64,000 nucleotides of DNA from Candidatus Kuenenbacteria bacterium (GCA_012797775.1 JAAZOM010000022.1:1241-65240); one strand, 5' to 3'. Positions 1-7,776 are shown, numbered from the stretch's first letter. Made by a program: numbers and translations. Notes: generated from the sequence alone by a model not told the origin.

Positions 1-1
1 A

Positions 2-622
2 CCATATATACAAGAAGCGGAGTTGGCGCGGCAAATCAAATCACGGCTTCAAACAATCTCGCTTTGCGACGAAATGACCGATTGGATGTTGGAGCGCGTA
101 AAAGAATGGGAATGCGAGGAGAATTCGTCGTCGCAAAGCGAGGTTCAAAATCTTTCCGAAAATATCAAAACGGCAGAAGCGAAAATGGAAAAGTTAGTTT
201 CCACTTATCTTGATGGCAACATTCCAAAACAGACTTATCTCAAAAAGAAAGATGAAATTTTGCTCGCTTCTGCCGTTTTGGAGCAAAAGAAGAAAGATTT
301 TGAAAGCAGGAGAAAAAATTGGGTCGAACCCCTGCGGGAGTGGATTTTAGATACGAAACAGGCCGATTTTTTGGCCAAGTCGGATAATTTCCACCAAATC
401 AAAACATTTGTTCAAAAAATCGGAACGAACCCTCGGGTTCGTAACAAATCCGCCGTCTTTGATTTTTGCCCAGCCAGCCATTTCGCCGCGAAGCGGGGAA
501 TCATTTTGCGGAGCGCGGCCGCCTCGCGGCCGCGCGGAGCAATGCTTTCAAACGCTGAAGTTTCTATTGGCGGAGAGGGAGGGATTCGAACCCTCGGACC
601 CCGTGAAGGGTCAACAACTTAG
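2..622 (+). CDS. C-terminal fragment of a large serine recombinase (integrase/resolvase family). It is 5'-truncated by the window edge, and the ORF reads antisense into the tRNA, so it may be a remnant or pseudogene.
   Basis: The reading frame is open from the first base. The peptide has the coiled-coil tail typical of large serine recombinases (..KMEKLVSTYLDGNIPKQTYLKKKDEILLASAVLEQKK..). The last ~55 nt overlap tRNA-Ser antisense. Confidence 0.35.
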   Translation, partial: PYIQEAELARQIKSRLQTISLCDEMTDWMLERVKEWECEENSSSQSEVQNLSENIKTAEAKMEKLVSTYLDGNIPKQTYLKKKDEILLASAVLEQKKKDFESRRKNWVEPLREWILDTKQADFLAKSDNFHQIKTFVQKIGTNPRVRNKSAVFDFCPASHFAAKRGIILRSAAASRPRGAMLSNAEVSIGGEGGIRTLGPREGSTT

Positions 623-657
623 CAGGTTGCTGCTTTCAGCCACTCAGCCACCTCTCC
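568..657 (-). tRNA. tRNA-Ser (anticodon GCT), 90 nt with a long variable arm and encoded CCA.
   Basis: Folded by hand: acceptor GGAGAGG/CCTCTCC, 3-bp D stem GCT/AGC, anticodon stem GCAAC/GTTGT with loop CTGCTAA, variable arm GACCC-TTCAC-GGGTC, T arm GAGGG-TTCGAAT-CCCTC, discriminator G, then CCA. Confidence 0.85.
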
Positions 658-700
658 ATGTTTAAAAATTAAGGTTATTTATTTTTTTGGTCAATTATCT

Positions 701-788
701 TCGGACCCCGTGAAGGGTCAACAACTTAGCAGGCGTGAACACGACCCTGGGCAGTGTTCACGGCTTTCAGTCACCGAGCCACCTCTCC
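701..788 (-). pseudogene. Truncated, interrupted second copy of tRNA-Ser(GCT). It keeps the acceptor 5' half, D arm, anticodon loop and variable arm, and lacks the T arm and 3' acceptor. The 5' half of the anticodon stem is replaced by a 29-nt hairpin.
   Basis: Near-identical to the intact tRNA from GGAGAGGTGGCT through GGGGTCCGA, and it diverges exactly there. It carries the inserted inverted repeat GTGAACAC-TGCCCAGGGTC-GTGTTCAC. Confidence 0.6.
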
Positions 789-998
789 ATGTTAAAACAT
801 ATTATAATGGGATAAGTATTAAGTATTATGTATTGTGGGGAGAAACTTGCTCCAGCCTCGCCCAGCTGTAGTATTCCCATAATACTTGATGCATTATACT
901 TAATACTATATTTAATTTTGGCCAAAAAGTCAAAGGTACTTTTGGCATTTTTTGCTATTTTATGATAAAATTAAAAAAGAATAATTAATTTTAAAAAT

Positions 999-1487
999 AT
1001 GACCGAGGATCAACAGAAAACAATGGAACCCCTTTCTTGGTCTTTCCCCGAGCATGAAAAGCATGAACGTAGCCGACGTTGGTATATTATCGCTGGCCTA
1101 ATTGCCGCTTTTTTGTTTGTCTATGCGCTTTTGACGAGTAATTGGCTATTCGCCCTCATTATTATTATGGTGATTATGGTTATGTTTATCAATCACCACA
1201 GTGAGCCACGGCCGATAGAATTTATTATCGACCATGAAGGTATAAAATTGGGGGAGAAACACTATAAGTACAAAGATATCAAAAATTTTTGGATTATTTA
1301 TGAACCGCCAACAGTCAAAAAGATCTTTTTTGTCTTTATGTCTAATACCAAGCCGATTTTGAGCATCCCGATCGGTGAAGAGAACCCCGTGGATATCCGC
1401 GCTTTCCTCCGACAATATTTAGAAGAAGATTTAGATCAAGAGGCCGAGCCCTTCTCTGAGGCCATGGGCCGGATTCTAAAAATTTAA
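999..1487 (+). CDS. Hypothetical membrane protein with two predicted TM helices.
   Basis: ORF with a hydrophobic N-terminal region; a terminator hairpin follows it. Confidence 0.45.
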   Translation: MTEDQQKTMEPLSWSFPEHEKHERSRRWYIIAGLIAAFLFVYALLTSNWLFALIIIMVIMVMFINHHSEPRPIEFIIDHEGIKLGEKHYKYKDIKNFWIIYEPPTVKKIFFVFMSNTKPILSIPIGEENPVDIRAFLRQYLEEDLDQEAEPFSEAMGRILKI

Positions 1488-1501
1488 ATTTTATTTTTCT
1501 T

Positions 1502-1528
1502 GGGCAAGGCACAAGCCTTGCCTTTTTG
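1502..1528 (+). terminator. Rho-independent terminator.
   Basis: GGCAAGGC-ACAA-GCCTTGCC followed by TTTTT. Confidence 0.55.
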
Positions 1529-1547
1529 ATTAATAGATTAATACCTT

Positions 1548-2222
1548 ATGACCTTTGAGCAGATTATAAATGAAATTAAAAAACACGCCAGCCGTAAAAA
1601 TGTTGAGGGTATGGCCCGCTTTGGTATCAATCCAAAAAATACACTTGGTGTTAGTATGCCTGTTTTGCGTTCACTGGCCAAAATTATTGGCAAGGACCAG
1701 AAATTATCAAAAGAGCTCTGGCAAGCCAAAATTCATGAAGCAAGAATTCTAGCTGCTCTTATCGGCGAGCCCCAGCTTGTTGGCGCCAGACAAATGGAAA
1801 GTTGGGTTAAAGATTTTGACTCCTGGGATGTTTGCGACCAGGTCTGCCTCAACCTTTTTGGCAAGACGCCCTTTGCTTGGCCCAAGGCTATTGAATGGAG
1901 CCAAAGGAGAGGAGAGTTTGTTAAACGCGCCGGCTTTGTCCTCATGGCTGTTTTGGCTGTTCATGATAAAAAAGCTGCTGACAAAGAATTTCTGAAATTT
2001 TTTCCCTATCTCAAAAAAGAGGCAATCGACAATCGCAATTTTGTCAAAAAAGCCGTCAATTGGGCCCTGCGTCAGATTGGCAAGAGGAGTCATTATTTAA
2101 GCATCAGGGTTATAAAATTATGCGAGGAAATCCAAAAAATAGATTCCCCAACTTCCAAATGGATAGCTGCTGATGCCTTGCGTGAACTGCGGGTAAAATC
2201 CTACAAATTAGCCAAAAAATAA
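1548..2222 (+). CDS. DNA alkylation repair enzyme (AlkC/AlkD-like HEAT-repeat DNA glycosylase family).
   Basis: Family-typical motifs WDVCDQVC, RAGFVLMAVLAVHDK and KKAVNWALRQIGKRS. Confidence 0.55.
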   Translation: MTFEQIINEIKKHASRKNVEGMARFGINPKNTLGVSMPVLRSLAKIIGKDQKLSKELWQAKIHEARILAALIGEPQLVGARQMESWVKDFDSWDVCDQVCLNLFGKTPFAWPKAIEWSQRRGEFVKRAGFVLMAVLAVHDKKAADKEFLKFFPYLKKEAIDNRNFVKKAVNWALRQIGKRSHYLSIRVIKLCEEIQKIDSPTSKWIAADALRELRVKSYKLAKK

Positions 2223-2249
2223 TTATAATAAGTTATTTGCCTGTCAAAG

Positions 2250-2277
2250 TTGACATATTTTCAAAACCTTGTATAAT
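2250..2277 (+). promoter_or_regulatory. Sigma70-like promoter: TTGACA, 16-nt spacer, then TGTATAAT. It would drive the infA-rpmJ-rpsM.. operon with a ~230 nt leader.
   Basis: TTGACA at 2250-2255 and TATAAT at 2272-2277, preceded by TG. Confidence 0.4.
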
Positions 2278-2504
2278 AAAAAGGTATATTAAAATAGTTA
2301 ATTTTAGGCATTTTATCAACATTAGTCTTATTTTTAATACTAATTAGTTGCCAAATGCGTTAGCGTAGCACTAGCTACCTAATTTTGTTTTACCCTTTAG
2401 GGCAAAACATCTTAAAAATTAAAATTTATCAAACAAGAGTGTTAAACCAAGATCAAAATACTGCCCCAAGCCAGCTTGGTGTCAACCGCAAAGGTTTTAT
2501 TGAG

Positions 2505-2696
2505 ATGGAAGGTGAAATAATAGAGCTTTTGCCAGCCGCCAGCTTCAAGATAAAATTGGATAATGGCCAAGAAATATTTGGCCACCTTTCCGGCAAGATG
2601 CGCATGAATAACATCATGCTTTTAACTGGCGATCGGGTCAAGGTAGAAGTTTCTCCTTATGACCTCGCCAAGGGCAGGATAGTTTACCGTTATTAA
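2505..2696 (+). CDS. infA: Translation initiation factor IF-1. Start uncertain: the ORF track opens at the TTG at 2385, and ATG 2505 gives a 63-aa product.
   Basis: [62 protein letters not shown] matches the IF-1 S1-fold consensus. Confidence 0.8.
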   Translation: MEGEIIELLPAASFKIKLDNGQEIFGHLSGKMRMNNIMLLTGDRVKVEVSPYDLAKGRIVYRY

Positions 2697-2708
2697 AATA
2701 ATTCAAAT

Positions 2709-2822
2709 ATGAAAGTTCGTGCTTCAGTAAAAAAAATCTGCCGTGATTGCCAGATTATACGACGCAAGAAGAGAGTGCGTGTTATCTGCAAAAACCCCAA
2801 GCATAAACAGAGGCAGGGATAA
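2709..2822 (+). CDS. rpmJ: 50S ribosomal protein L36.
   Basis: Manually translated: [37 protein letters not shown] (37 aa). It is absent from the ORF track because it is shorter than the cutoff. Confidence 0.85.
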   Translation: MKVRASVKKICRDCQIIRRKKRVRVICKNPKHKQRQG

Positions 2823-2839
2823 TTTTTAAATATTTTTTT

Positions 2840-3229
2840 ATGGCTAGAATCGCTGGTGTAAATTTACCCAATGAAAAAAGGCTCGAGATTGGCTTGACCT
2901 ATATATTTGGAATTGGCCGCACGACCTCCAAAAAGATTATTGAGCGACTGGGGCTGGATCCCAATATGAAATGCAAAAATCTCTCCGAAGCAGAGTCCAA
3001 CCAACTCAAAAAAATTATTGAGGCAGATATTAGGACTGAGGGTGAGCTCAAGAGAGAAATTCTCTCGAATATCAAAAGACTAAAAGAAATAAATTGTTAT
3101 CGTGGAGTCAGGCACTCCAGAAGGTTGCCGGTTCGTGGTCAGCGCACCAAGACCAATTCTCGCACCGTCCGTGGCAATGTCCGTCATACCGCCGGATCTG
3201 GTAAAAAACCAGCCGCTCAAAAGACATAA
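2840..3229 (+). CDS. rpsM: 30S ribosomal protein S13.
   Basis: MARIAGVNLP...GLTYIFGIGR..RGVRH. Confidence 0.9.
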   Translation: MARIAGVNLPNEKRLEIGLTYIFGIGRTTSKKIIERLGLDPNMKCKNLSEAESNQLKKIIEADIRTEGELKREILSNIKRLKEINCYRGVRHSRRLPVRGQRTKTNSRTVRGNVRHTAGSGKKPAAQKT

Positions 3230-3253
3230 AATTATTTTATTTAATGTATAACT

Positions 3254-3697
3254 ATGGAAAATAATACTGCTGAGGCGACCATGCCAGAGGCGTCAGAGGC
3301 CAAGGCTCCGGCCAAGAAAAACAGAAAGAAAAAAGTGGTTCCGCGGCTCCTCAAGGGCCGTGGTCAGGCTCACATACAATCAACTTACAACAATACAATT
3401 GTTTCCATTACTGATCAGAACGGTAGTGTTTTGGCCTGGTCTTCTGCTGGTAAGTGCGGTTTTAAGGGTGCCAAAAAGGCTACCCCTTATGCGGCCGGCG
3501 TAGTGGTCAAAGAAGTTATAGACAAATGTAAAGATTATGGTATCAAAGAGGTTGATGTTTTGATAAAGGGCATCGGCCCGGCCAGAGAAGGGGCAATACG
3601 TGCTTTAGCTACTTATGGTGTGCAGATTGCTAGTATCAAGGACGTCACCCCTGTGCCACACAATGGTTGCCGCCCCAAAAAGCCGAGGCGCATTTAA
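3254..3697 (+). CDS. rpsK: 30S ribosomal protein S11.
   Basis: HIQSTYNNTIVSITD..GFKGAKKATPYAA... Confidence 0.9.
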   Translation: MENNTAEATMPEASEAKAPAKKNRKKKVVPRLLKGRGQAHIQSTYNNTIVSITDQNGSVLAWSSAGKCGFKGAKKATPYAAGVVVKEVIDKCKDYGIKEVDVLIKGIGPAREGAIRALATYGVQIASIKDVTPVPHNGCRPKKPRRI

Positions 3698-3705
3698 TAA
3701 TTAAT

Positions 3706-3782
3706 AAGCATTTACTCTGAGCGCAGCGAAGAGTCTCGCACCAAGTCAATTTACGAGACTCTCACTTCGTTCAGGATAAAAC
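3706..3782. promoter_or_regulatory. Structured rpsK-rpsD intergenic leader: a hairpin GAGTCTCG-N16-CGAGACTC followed by TTCAGGATAAAA, the reverse complement of the TTATCCTGAA motif of the dispersed element family.
   Basis: The inverted repeat is visible in the sequence, and it is the only sizeable gap inside the ribosomal-protein operon. Confidence 0.35.
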
Positions 3783-3795
3783 AAGTAAAAGATTT

Positions 3796-4428
3796 ATGGG
3801 TAGAGATATAGGACCAAAAGATAGACAAAGTCGCCGCATTGGAGAAAAGCTTTTCCTCAAAGGCGATCGGGATTTGACCAGCAAAAGCGGGATTGTCAGA
3901 CGCAATTATCCGCCGGGTATGCATGGGCCCAAAGGCTACACCCATCGCGGTAGTGAATACGGACGCCAGTTGATTGCCAAACAAAAAATCAAAAAAATGT
4001 ATCGCTTGAGAGAAAAACAATTTCACAATCTTTTTCTCAAAGCTGGCAAGATGAAAGGCGACGCTAGTAGCAACCTCTTGGTTTTGTTGGAGAGCCGGTT
4101 TGATAATGTTATCTATCGACTAGGCCTAGCCACTTCCAGAGATCAGGCTAGACAATTGGTTTCCCATGGACATTTTATGGTCAATGGTAACAAGATCAAT
4201 ATCCCTTCTTATGAGACAAAGACCAAAGATGTTATTACTGTTCGGGAGAAAAGCAAGAACAACGGCCTCCTTGCCCGTTCTTTAAAAGAATCTGCTGGCA
4301 AAAATATTCCTGCTTGGTTGTCTTTTGACACCTCCAAACCGGAAGCCGTGGTTGTTGACTCTCCCTCCACTGAAGAGTTGGGTTTATTGGCCGATGCCAC
4401 TCTCACCATAGAGTTTTATTCAAGATAA
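3796..4428 (+). CDS. rpsD: 30S ribosomal protein S4.
   Basis: S4 N-terminal region plus the S4 RNA-binding domain (LESRFDNVIYRLGLATSRDQARQLVSHGHFMVNG). Confidence 0.9.
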   Translation: MGRDIGPKDRQSRRIGEKLFLKGDRDLTSKSGIVRRNYPPGMHGPKGYTHRGSEYGRQLIAKQKIKKMYRLREKQFHNLFLKAGKMKGDASSNLLVLLESRFDNVIYRLGLATSRDQARQLVSHGHFMVNGNKINIPSYETKTKDVITVREKSKNNGLLARSLKESAGKNIPAWLSFDTSKPEAVVVDSPSTEELGLLADATLTIEFYSR

Positions 4429-4451
4429 AAAATTACTATTAAATTTTTATT

Positions 4452-5312
4452 ATGCAAACTATACCCACGCCTAGTAATATCGAGTTCAAAAAAGAAACCG
4501 ATTTTCGAGGTGATTTTGTGATTGAACCTCTTTACCCGGGTTATGGTTTGACTATTGGTAACGCCCTGAGGCGCGTTTTACTCTCTTCCATTCCTGGTGC
4601 CGCCATCAGCTCTATTAAAATAAAGGGAGTTGACCATGAGTTTTCCACCTTGCCGTATGTCAAAGAAGATATTGTAGATATTATTTTAAATTTGAAGCAG
4701 GTAAACCTGAAAATTGAAGGAGAAAATGATAATCCTGATGAGCCACTCAAAATCACTATCAGAAAAACTGGTGAAGGAAAAATTACCGCCGGTGACTTTG
4801 ACTGCCCTAGCCAGGTTGTTATCGCCAATAAAAATCTTCATCTAGCTACTCTGACAGACAAAGCCGCCAGTTTTGACCTTGAATGTATTGTGGAAAATGG
4901 TATGGGTTATCTGCCCACCGAAAATCGCCCAACCGGAGTTTTGGATATTGGTCATATGGCCATTGATTCTATTTTTACCCCCATCAACCATGTCAACGTT
5001 AAAACGGAAAATGTGCGCGTCGGCGAGATGACCAACTGGGATAAACTAATTATTTCTTTGGAGACCAACGGCACCGTTACTTGCAAGGAGGCTTTTGAAA
5101 TGGCCGTTTCTATCCTAAAAAATCAATTTGATTCCCTAGTTGTTGGGGCCAAGCCACCCAAAAAAGAAAAAGTTGAGGTGGCTGTAGAATTAGATAAAAC
5201 TGAGCCGGCAAAAGGGGACACAATTGAATCAGAGGAGTTATCCGAAGATGAGTCAACTGAGCCACAGGCCAAAAAGAAAAGGGGCCGGCCCAAAAAAGAA
5301 GAAAATAAATAA
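4452..5312 (+). CDS. rpoA: DNA-directed RNA polymerase alpha subunit. It has the NTD only; the C-terminal domain is replaced by an acidic tail plus an AT-hook-like KKKRGRPKK.
   Basis: Alpha-NTD motifs are present (IEPLYPGYGLTIGNALRRVLLSS). No HhH alpha-CTD sequence is present; the last ~55 aa are low-complexity. Confidence 0.85.
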   Translation: MQTIPTPSNIEFKKETDFRGDFVIEPLYPGYGLTIGNALRRVLLSSIPGAAISSIKIKGVDHEFSTLPYVKEDIVDIILNLKQVNLKIEGENDNPDEPLKITIRKTGEGKITAGDFDCPSQVVIANKNLHLATLTDKAASFDLECIVENGMGYLPTENRPTGVLDIGHMAIDSIFTPINHVNVKTENVRVGEMTNWDKLIISLETNGTVTCKEAFEMAVSILKNQFDSLVVGAKPPKKEKVEVAVELDKTEPAKGDTIESEELSEDESTEPQAKKKRGRPKKEENK

Positions 5313-5315
5313 TTT

Positions 5316-5666
5316 ATGAGACACCAAAAACAACGCACCAAACTTGGTAGAAACGTCGGTTCAAGAAAAGCCCTCATGCGGAGCATGGCTATTTCTTTAA
5401 TTGTACACGAGAAAATTACTACTACTTTGTCCAAAGCCAAAGTTTTGAAGCCCATGGTGGAAAAACTGGTAACTCGAGCCAAGAAAAATGACTTGGCCAG
5501 CCGTCGTTTGTTGATCAGTGCTTTAGCCAAAGAAAAACCAGTCAAGAAACTCCTAGAAGTCACTGGTCCAAAGTATTTAGAAAGAAAGGGTGGTTATTTA
5601 CGCATTATAAAACTAGGTGCTCGTCGAGGGGATGGCTCAGAAATGGCTATTATAGAATTTGTATAA
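5316..5666 (+). CDS. rplQ: 50S ribosomal protein L17.
   Basis: MRHQKQRTKLGRN...LRIIKLGARRGDG. Confidence 0.9.
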   Translation: MRHQKQRTKLGRNVGSRKALMRSMAISLIVHEKITTTLSKAKVLKPMVEKLVTRAKKNDLASRRLLISALAKEKPVKKLLEVTGPKYLERKGGYLRIIKLGARRGDGSEMAIIEFV

Positions 5667-6033
5667 TTTTATGAAAAAAGAAATCAAAAGACAAGAACAC
5701 GTTATTGATGCTTCTGGCAAAGTACTCGGTCGTTTGGCCAGTCAGATAGCCGTTCTTTTGCGTGGCAAACACAAACCGGAGTTTGAGCGTCATATAGATT
5801 TGGGTGACAAAGTGGTGGTAGAAAATGTTGACAAAATAAAAGTTACTGGTAACAAATTCAATGACAAGATTTATTACAAAGGTTCTACCCGGCCAGGCGG
5901 TTTGAAAAAAACCAAAATGAAAGCAGTCGTCGCCGACAAGGGCTGGGCCGAAGTTCTGCGCCGCGCAGTTTATCATATGTTGCCCGGCAACAAACTCCGC
6001 CCAGAAATTATGAAGAGATTGATTATAAAATAA
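5659..6033 (+). CDS. rplM: 50S ribosomal protein L13 (the start is probably the ATG at 5671).
   Basis: HVIDASGKVLGRLASQIAVLLRGKHKP. Confidence 0.9.
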   Translation: MYNFMKKEIKRQEHVIDASGKVLGRLASQIAVLLRGKHKPEFERHIDLGDKVVVENVDKIKVTGNKFNDKIYYKGSTRPGGLKKTKMKAVVADKGWAEVLRRAVYHMLPGNKLRPEIMKRLIIK

Positions 6034-6034
6034 T

Positions 6035-6478
6035 ATGGTTATCAAAAAAACAGACAAACCAGAAATCAAAAGAGAAACGGCCGCTACTGGCAAATATTAT
6101 TATGGACTTGGTCGCCGCAAGACCGCCATTGCCAAGGTTAAACTTTTTGAGAATGGTACCGGCAAGCTAGTTGTCAACGGCAAAGAATATAAATCTTTTT
6201 ACAGATATCCTCTTTATGCTGAAAATTTAGAACTGCCTTTCGAATCGGTTGGTTTGACGGGCAAAATAGATGCTGAGATAAAAGTCGTCGGCGGAGGCAT
6301 GAAAGCTAGTTCCGAAGCCTGCCGCTTGGGTATTGCCAGAGCTCTAATCAAAATGACTGAAAATTTCAAGCCCGCTCTCCGCGCTGCTGGCTATGTCACC
6401 CGCGATCCTAGAGCCAAAGAAAGAAAGAAGCCAGGCTTAAAAAGAGCCAGAAGAGCTCCCCAGTGGGCTAAGAGATAA
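6035..6478 (+). CDS. rpsI: 30S ribosomal protein S9.
   Basis: YYGLGRRKTAIAKV...C-terminal RRAPQWAKR. Confidence 0.9.
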   Translation: MVIKKTDKPEIKRETAATGKYYYGLGRRKTAIAKVKLFENGTGKLVVNGKEYKSFYRYPLYAENLELPFESVGLTGKIDAEIKVVGGGMKASSEACRLGIARALIKMTENFKPALRAAGYVTRDPRAKERKKPGLKRARRAPQWAKR

Positions 6479-6493
6479 TGCAATATTTTCCGA

Positions 6494-6522
6494 CACCCCC
6501 GATGTACATCGGGGGTTTTTAT
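6494..6522 (+). terminator. Rho-independent terminator ending the ribosomal-protein operon.
   Basis: CCCCCGATGTACATCGGGGG followed by TTTTT. Confidence 0.7.
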
Positions 6523-6617
6523 TTGACAACGCCCCCATTTTTTTATAGGGTTACTCAATTCAAACAAAAAGTAAATAACCCTTAAAAAGTGCTATAAAAA
6601 AACAGGAGGGTGTAATC

Positions 6618-7646
6618 ATGAAAATGAAATGGATCGTGTTTCTGCTGTTGGTGCTTGCTTTTGGCAGCCCGTCACAGGAAATCGGGGTGACATATTCATA
6701 CCCACACGCCTTATGGTTATACGATGGCGACGAGACCAAGGCCAAGGCGGTGCTGGAACAAGCAGCACAAGCGGGGATAAAGGACTTACGCCTGATAATC
6801 CACTGGAACTGGTGTCAACCAGACTCCAGCGGCCAGTTCGATTTCAGCAGTCTGGAGTGGCAGCTCGAGATCATGGAAAAATACGGGGCCGAAACCGTTA
6901 TATTATGCCTCGGGCGCAAGGTTCCGAGATGGCCCGAGTACCACATTCCCGAATGGGCTAAGCAGTTGCCAGAGGAGGAATTCCGGCAAAAGCTCATCCG
7001 GTACATAGAGGGGGTAATTTCGCATTATTCCGACGACCATCGGATAACCCATTTTCAGGTCGAAAATGAGCCTTTGTCCAGTTTTGGTGAAGGGAAGGAG
7101 TTCTGGCAGAAGAGGTTTGATGATCAGCAAAATTTTCTGGCCGCTGAAATTTCCATCGTTGAAAAGTATGATCATCTTTGCCGGCCTATTATCGTCACTG
7201 ACCCAGGCGATTTTGGAAATTACAATGACGCCGCCGAAAATGCAGATATTTTGGGCGTGAGTTATTATGGGGTAGTTTACAACAGTTGGTTGGGCTATTT
7301 CCCCAACCGCTGGCTTTACAAAAAATTCTTTCGTTTTTTTATTGGGAATTTTTTATGTGGCCCATGGTTCCAGGCCGAGACGATCAGCCAGTTCATCGGA
7401 GGCAAGTCAGTCTGGATGGTTGAAGGCCAAGGCGAACCCTGGGGTCCAAAGGATAACAGGTCGCTCTCCCCAGAGGAGTCTGCCAAAAGCATGAACCCAG
7501 AGAAGCTTCGGCAGAATCTGGAAGCTGTTCGACAAGCTGGCTTCAAAGGGCCAATTTTTCTCTGGGGCATCGAATGGATGGCCTGGATGAGAGATAAAGG
7601 CCACCGAGAGATGTGGGAGACCGTGGAGGGTCTAGTCCGAAAATAA
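6618..7646 (+). CDS. Secreted glycoside hydrolase, clan GH-A (beta/alpha)8 fold, GH5-like. It is markedly GC-richer than its flanks.
   Basis: Signal peptide MKMKWIVFLLLVLAFGSPSQ. NEP acid/base motif (HFQVENEPLSS) and a putative nucleophile region (VWMVEGQGEPWG). Strong SD AGGAGGG 8 nt upstream. Terminators lie on both sides. Confidence 0.5.
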   Translation: MKMKWIVFLLLVLAFGSPSQEIGVTYSYPHALWLYDGDETKAKAVLEQAAQAGIKDLRLIIHWNWCQPDSSGQFDFSSLEWQLEIMEKYGAETVILCLGRKVPRWPEYHIPEWAKQLPEEEFRQKLIRYIEGVISHYSDDHRITHFQVENEPLSSFGEGKEFWQKRFDDQQNFLAAEISIVEKYDHLCRPIIVTDPGDFGNYNDAAENADILGVSYYGVVYNSWLGYFPNRWLYKKFFRFFIGNFLCGPWFQAETISQFIGGKSVWMVEGQGEPWGPKDNRSLSPEESAKSMNPEKLRQNLEAVRQAGFKGPIFLWGIEWMAWMRDKGHREMWETVEGLVRK

Positions 7647-7669
7647 ATTGTGGTAATATATTGTGGTGG

Positions 7670-7699
7670 ACGCTCAACACTAAGTTGAGCGTTTTTTTA
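7670..7699 (+). terminator. Rho-independent terminator.
   Basis: ACGCTCAAC-ACTAA-GTTGAGCGT followed by TTTTTTT. Confidence 0.7.
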
Positions 7700-7776
7700 T
7701 TCTTATTTTACTTACCTCGCTTGCCCAGCTTTCTACTTATCTTGCTTTATCCTCGTTTTTCCGCCATAATTAAAGC

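Noticed and set aside
408-665. 85-aa plus-strand ORF overlapping tRNA-Ser.
   Set aside because: It runs antisense through the tRNA and is an out-of-frame duplicate of the recombinase-fragment region. It has no independent support.
801-998. Imperfect inverted repeats (GGGATAAGTATTAAGTATTATG .. CATAATACTT..ATTATACTTAATACT) in the AT-rich spacer after the tRNA copies, as a possible att or terminal inverted repeat.
   Set aside because: The match is weak in very low-complexity AT-rich sequence. I could not distinguish it from chance without genome-wide statistics.
5659-5670. rplM start at 5659 overlapping the rplQ stop by 8 nt.
   Set aside because: The ATG four codons downstream (5671) gives a canonical L13 N-terminus (MKKEIK..) without overlap. 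The annotation keeps the track ORF, but the true start is probably 5671.
3751-6093. Several 60-150 aa minus-strand ORFs (3751-4026, 4209-4409, 4541-4828, 5123-5563, 5650-6093) antisense to ribosomal-protein genes and rpoA.
   Set aside because: They are fully embedded antisense in highly conserved, confidently identified genes. They are typical shadow ORFs.
6629-6961. 110-aa alternative-frame ORF inside the glycoside hydrolase gene.
   Set aside because: It is an artefact of locally high GC reducing stop-codon frequency. The GH frame has a signal peptide and catalytic motifs.
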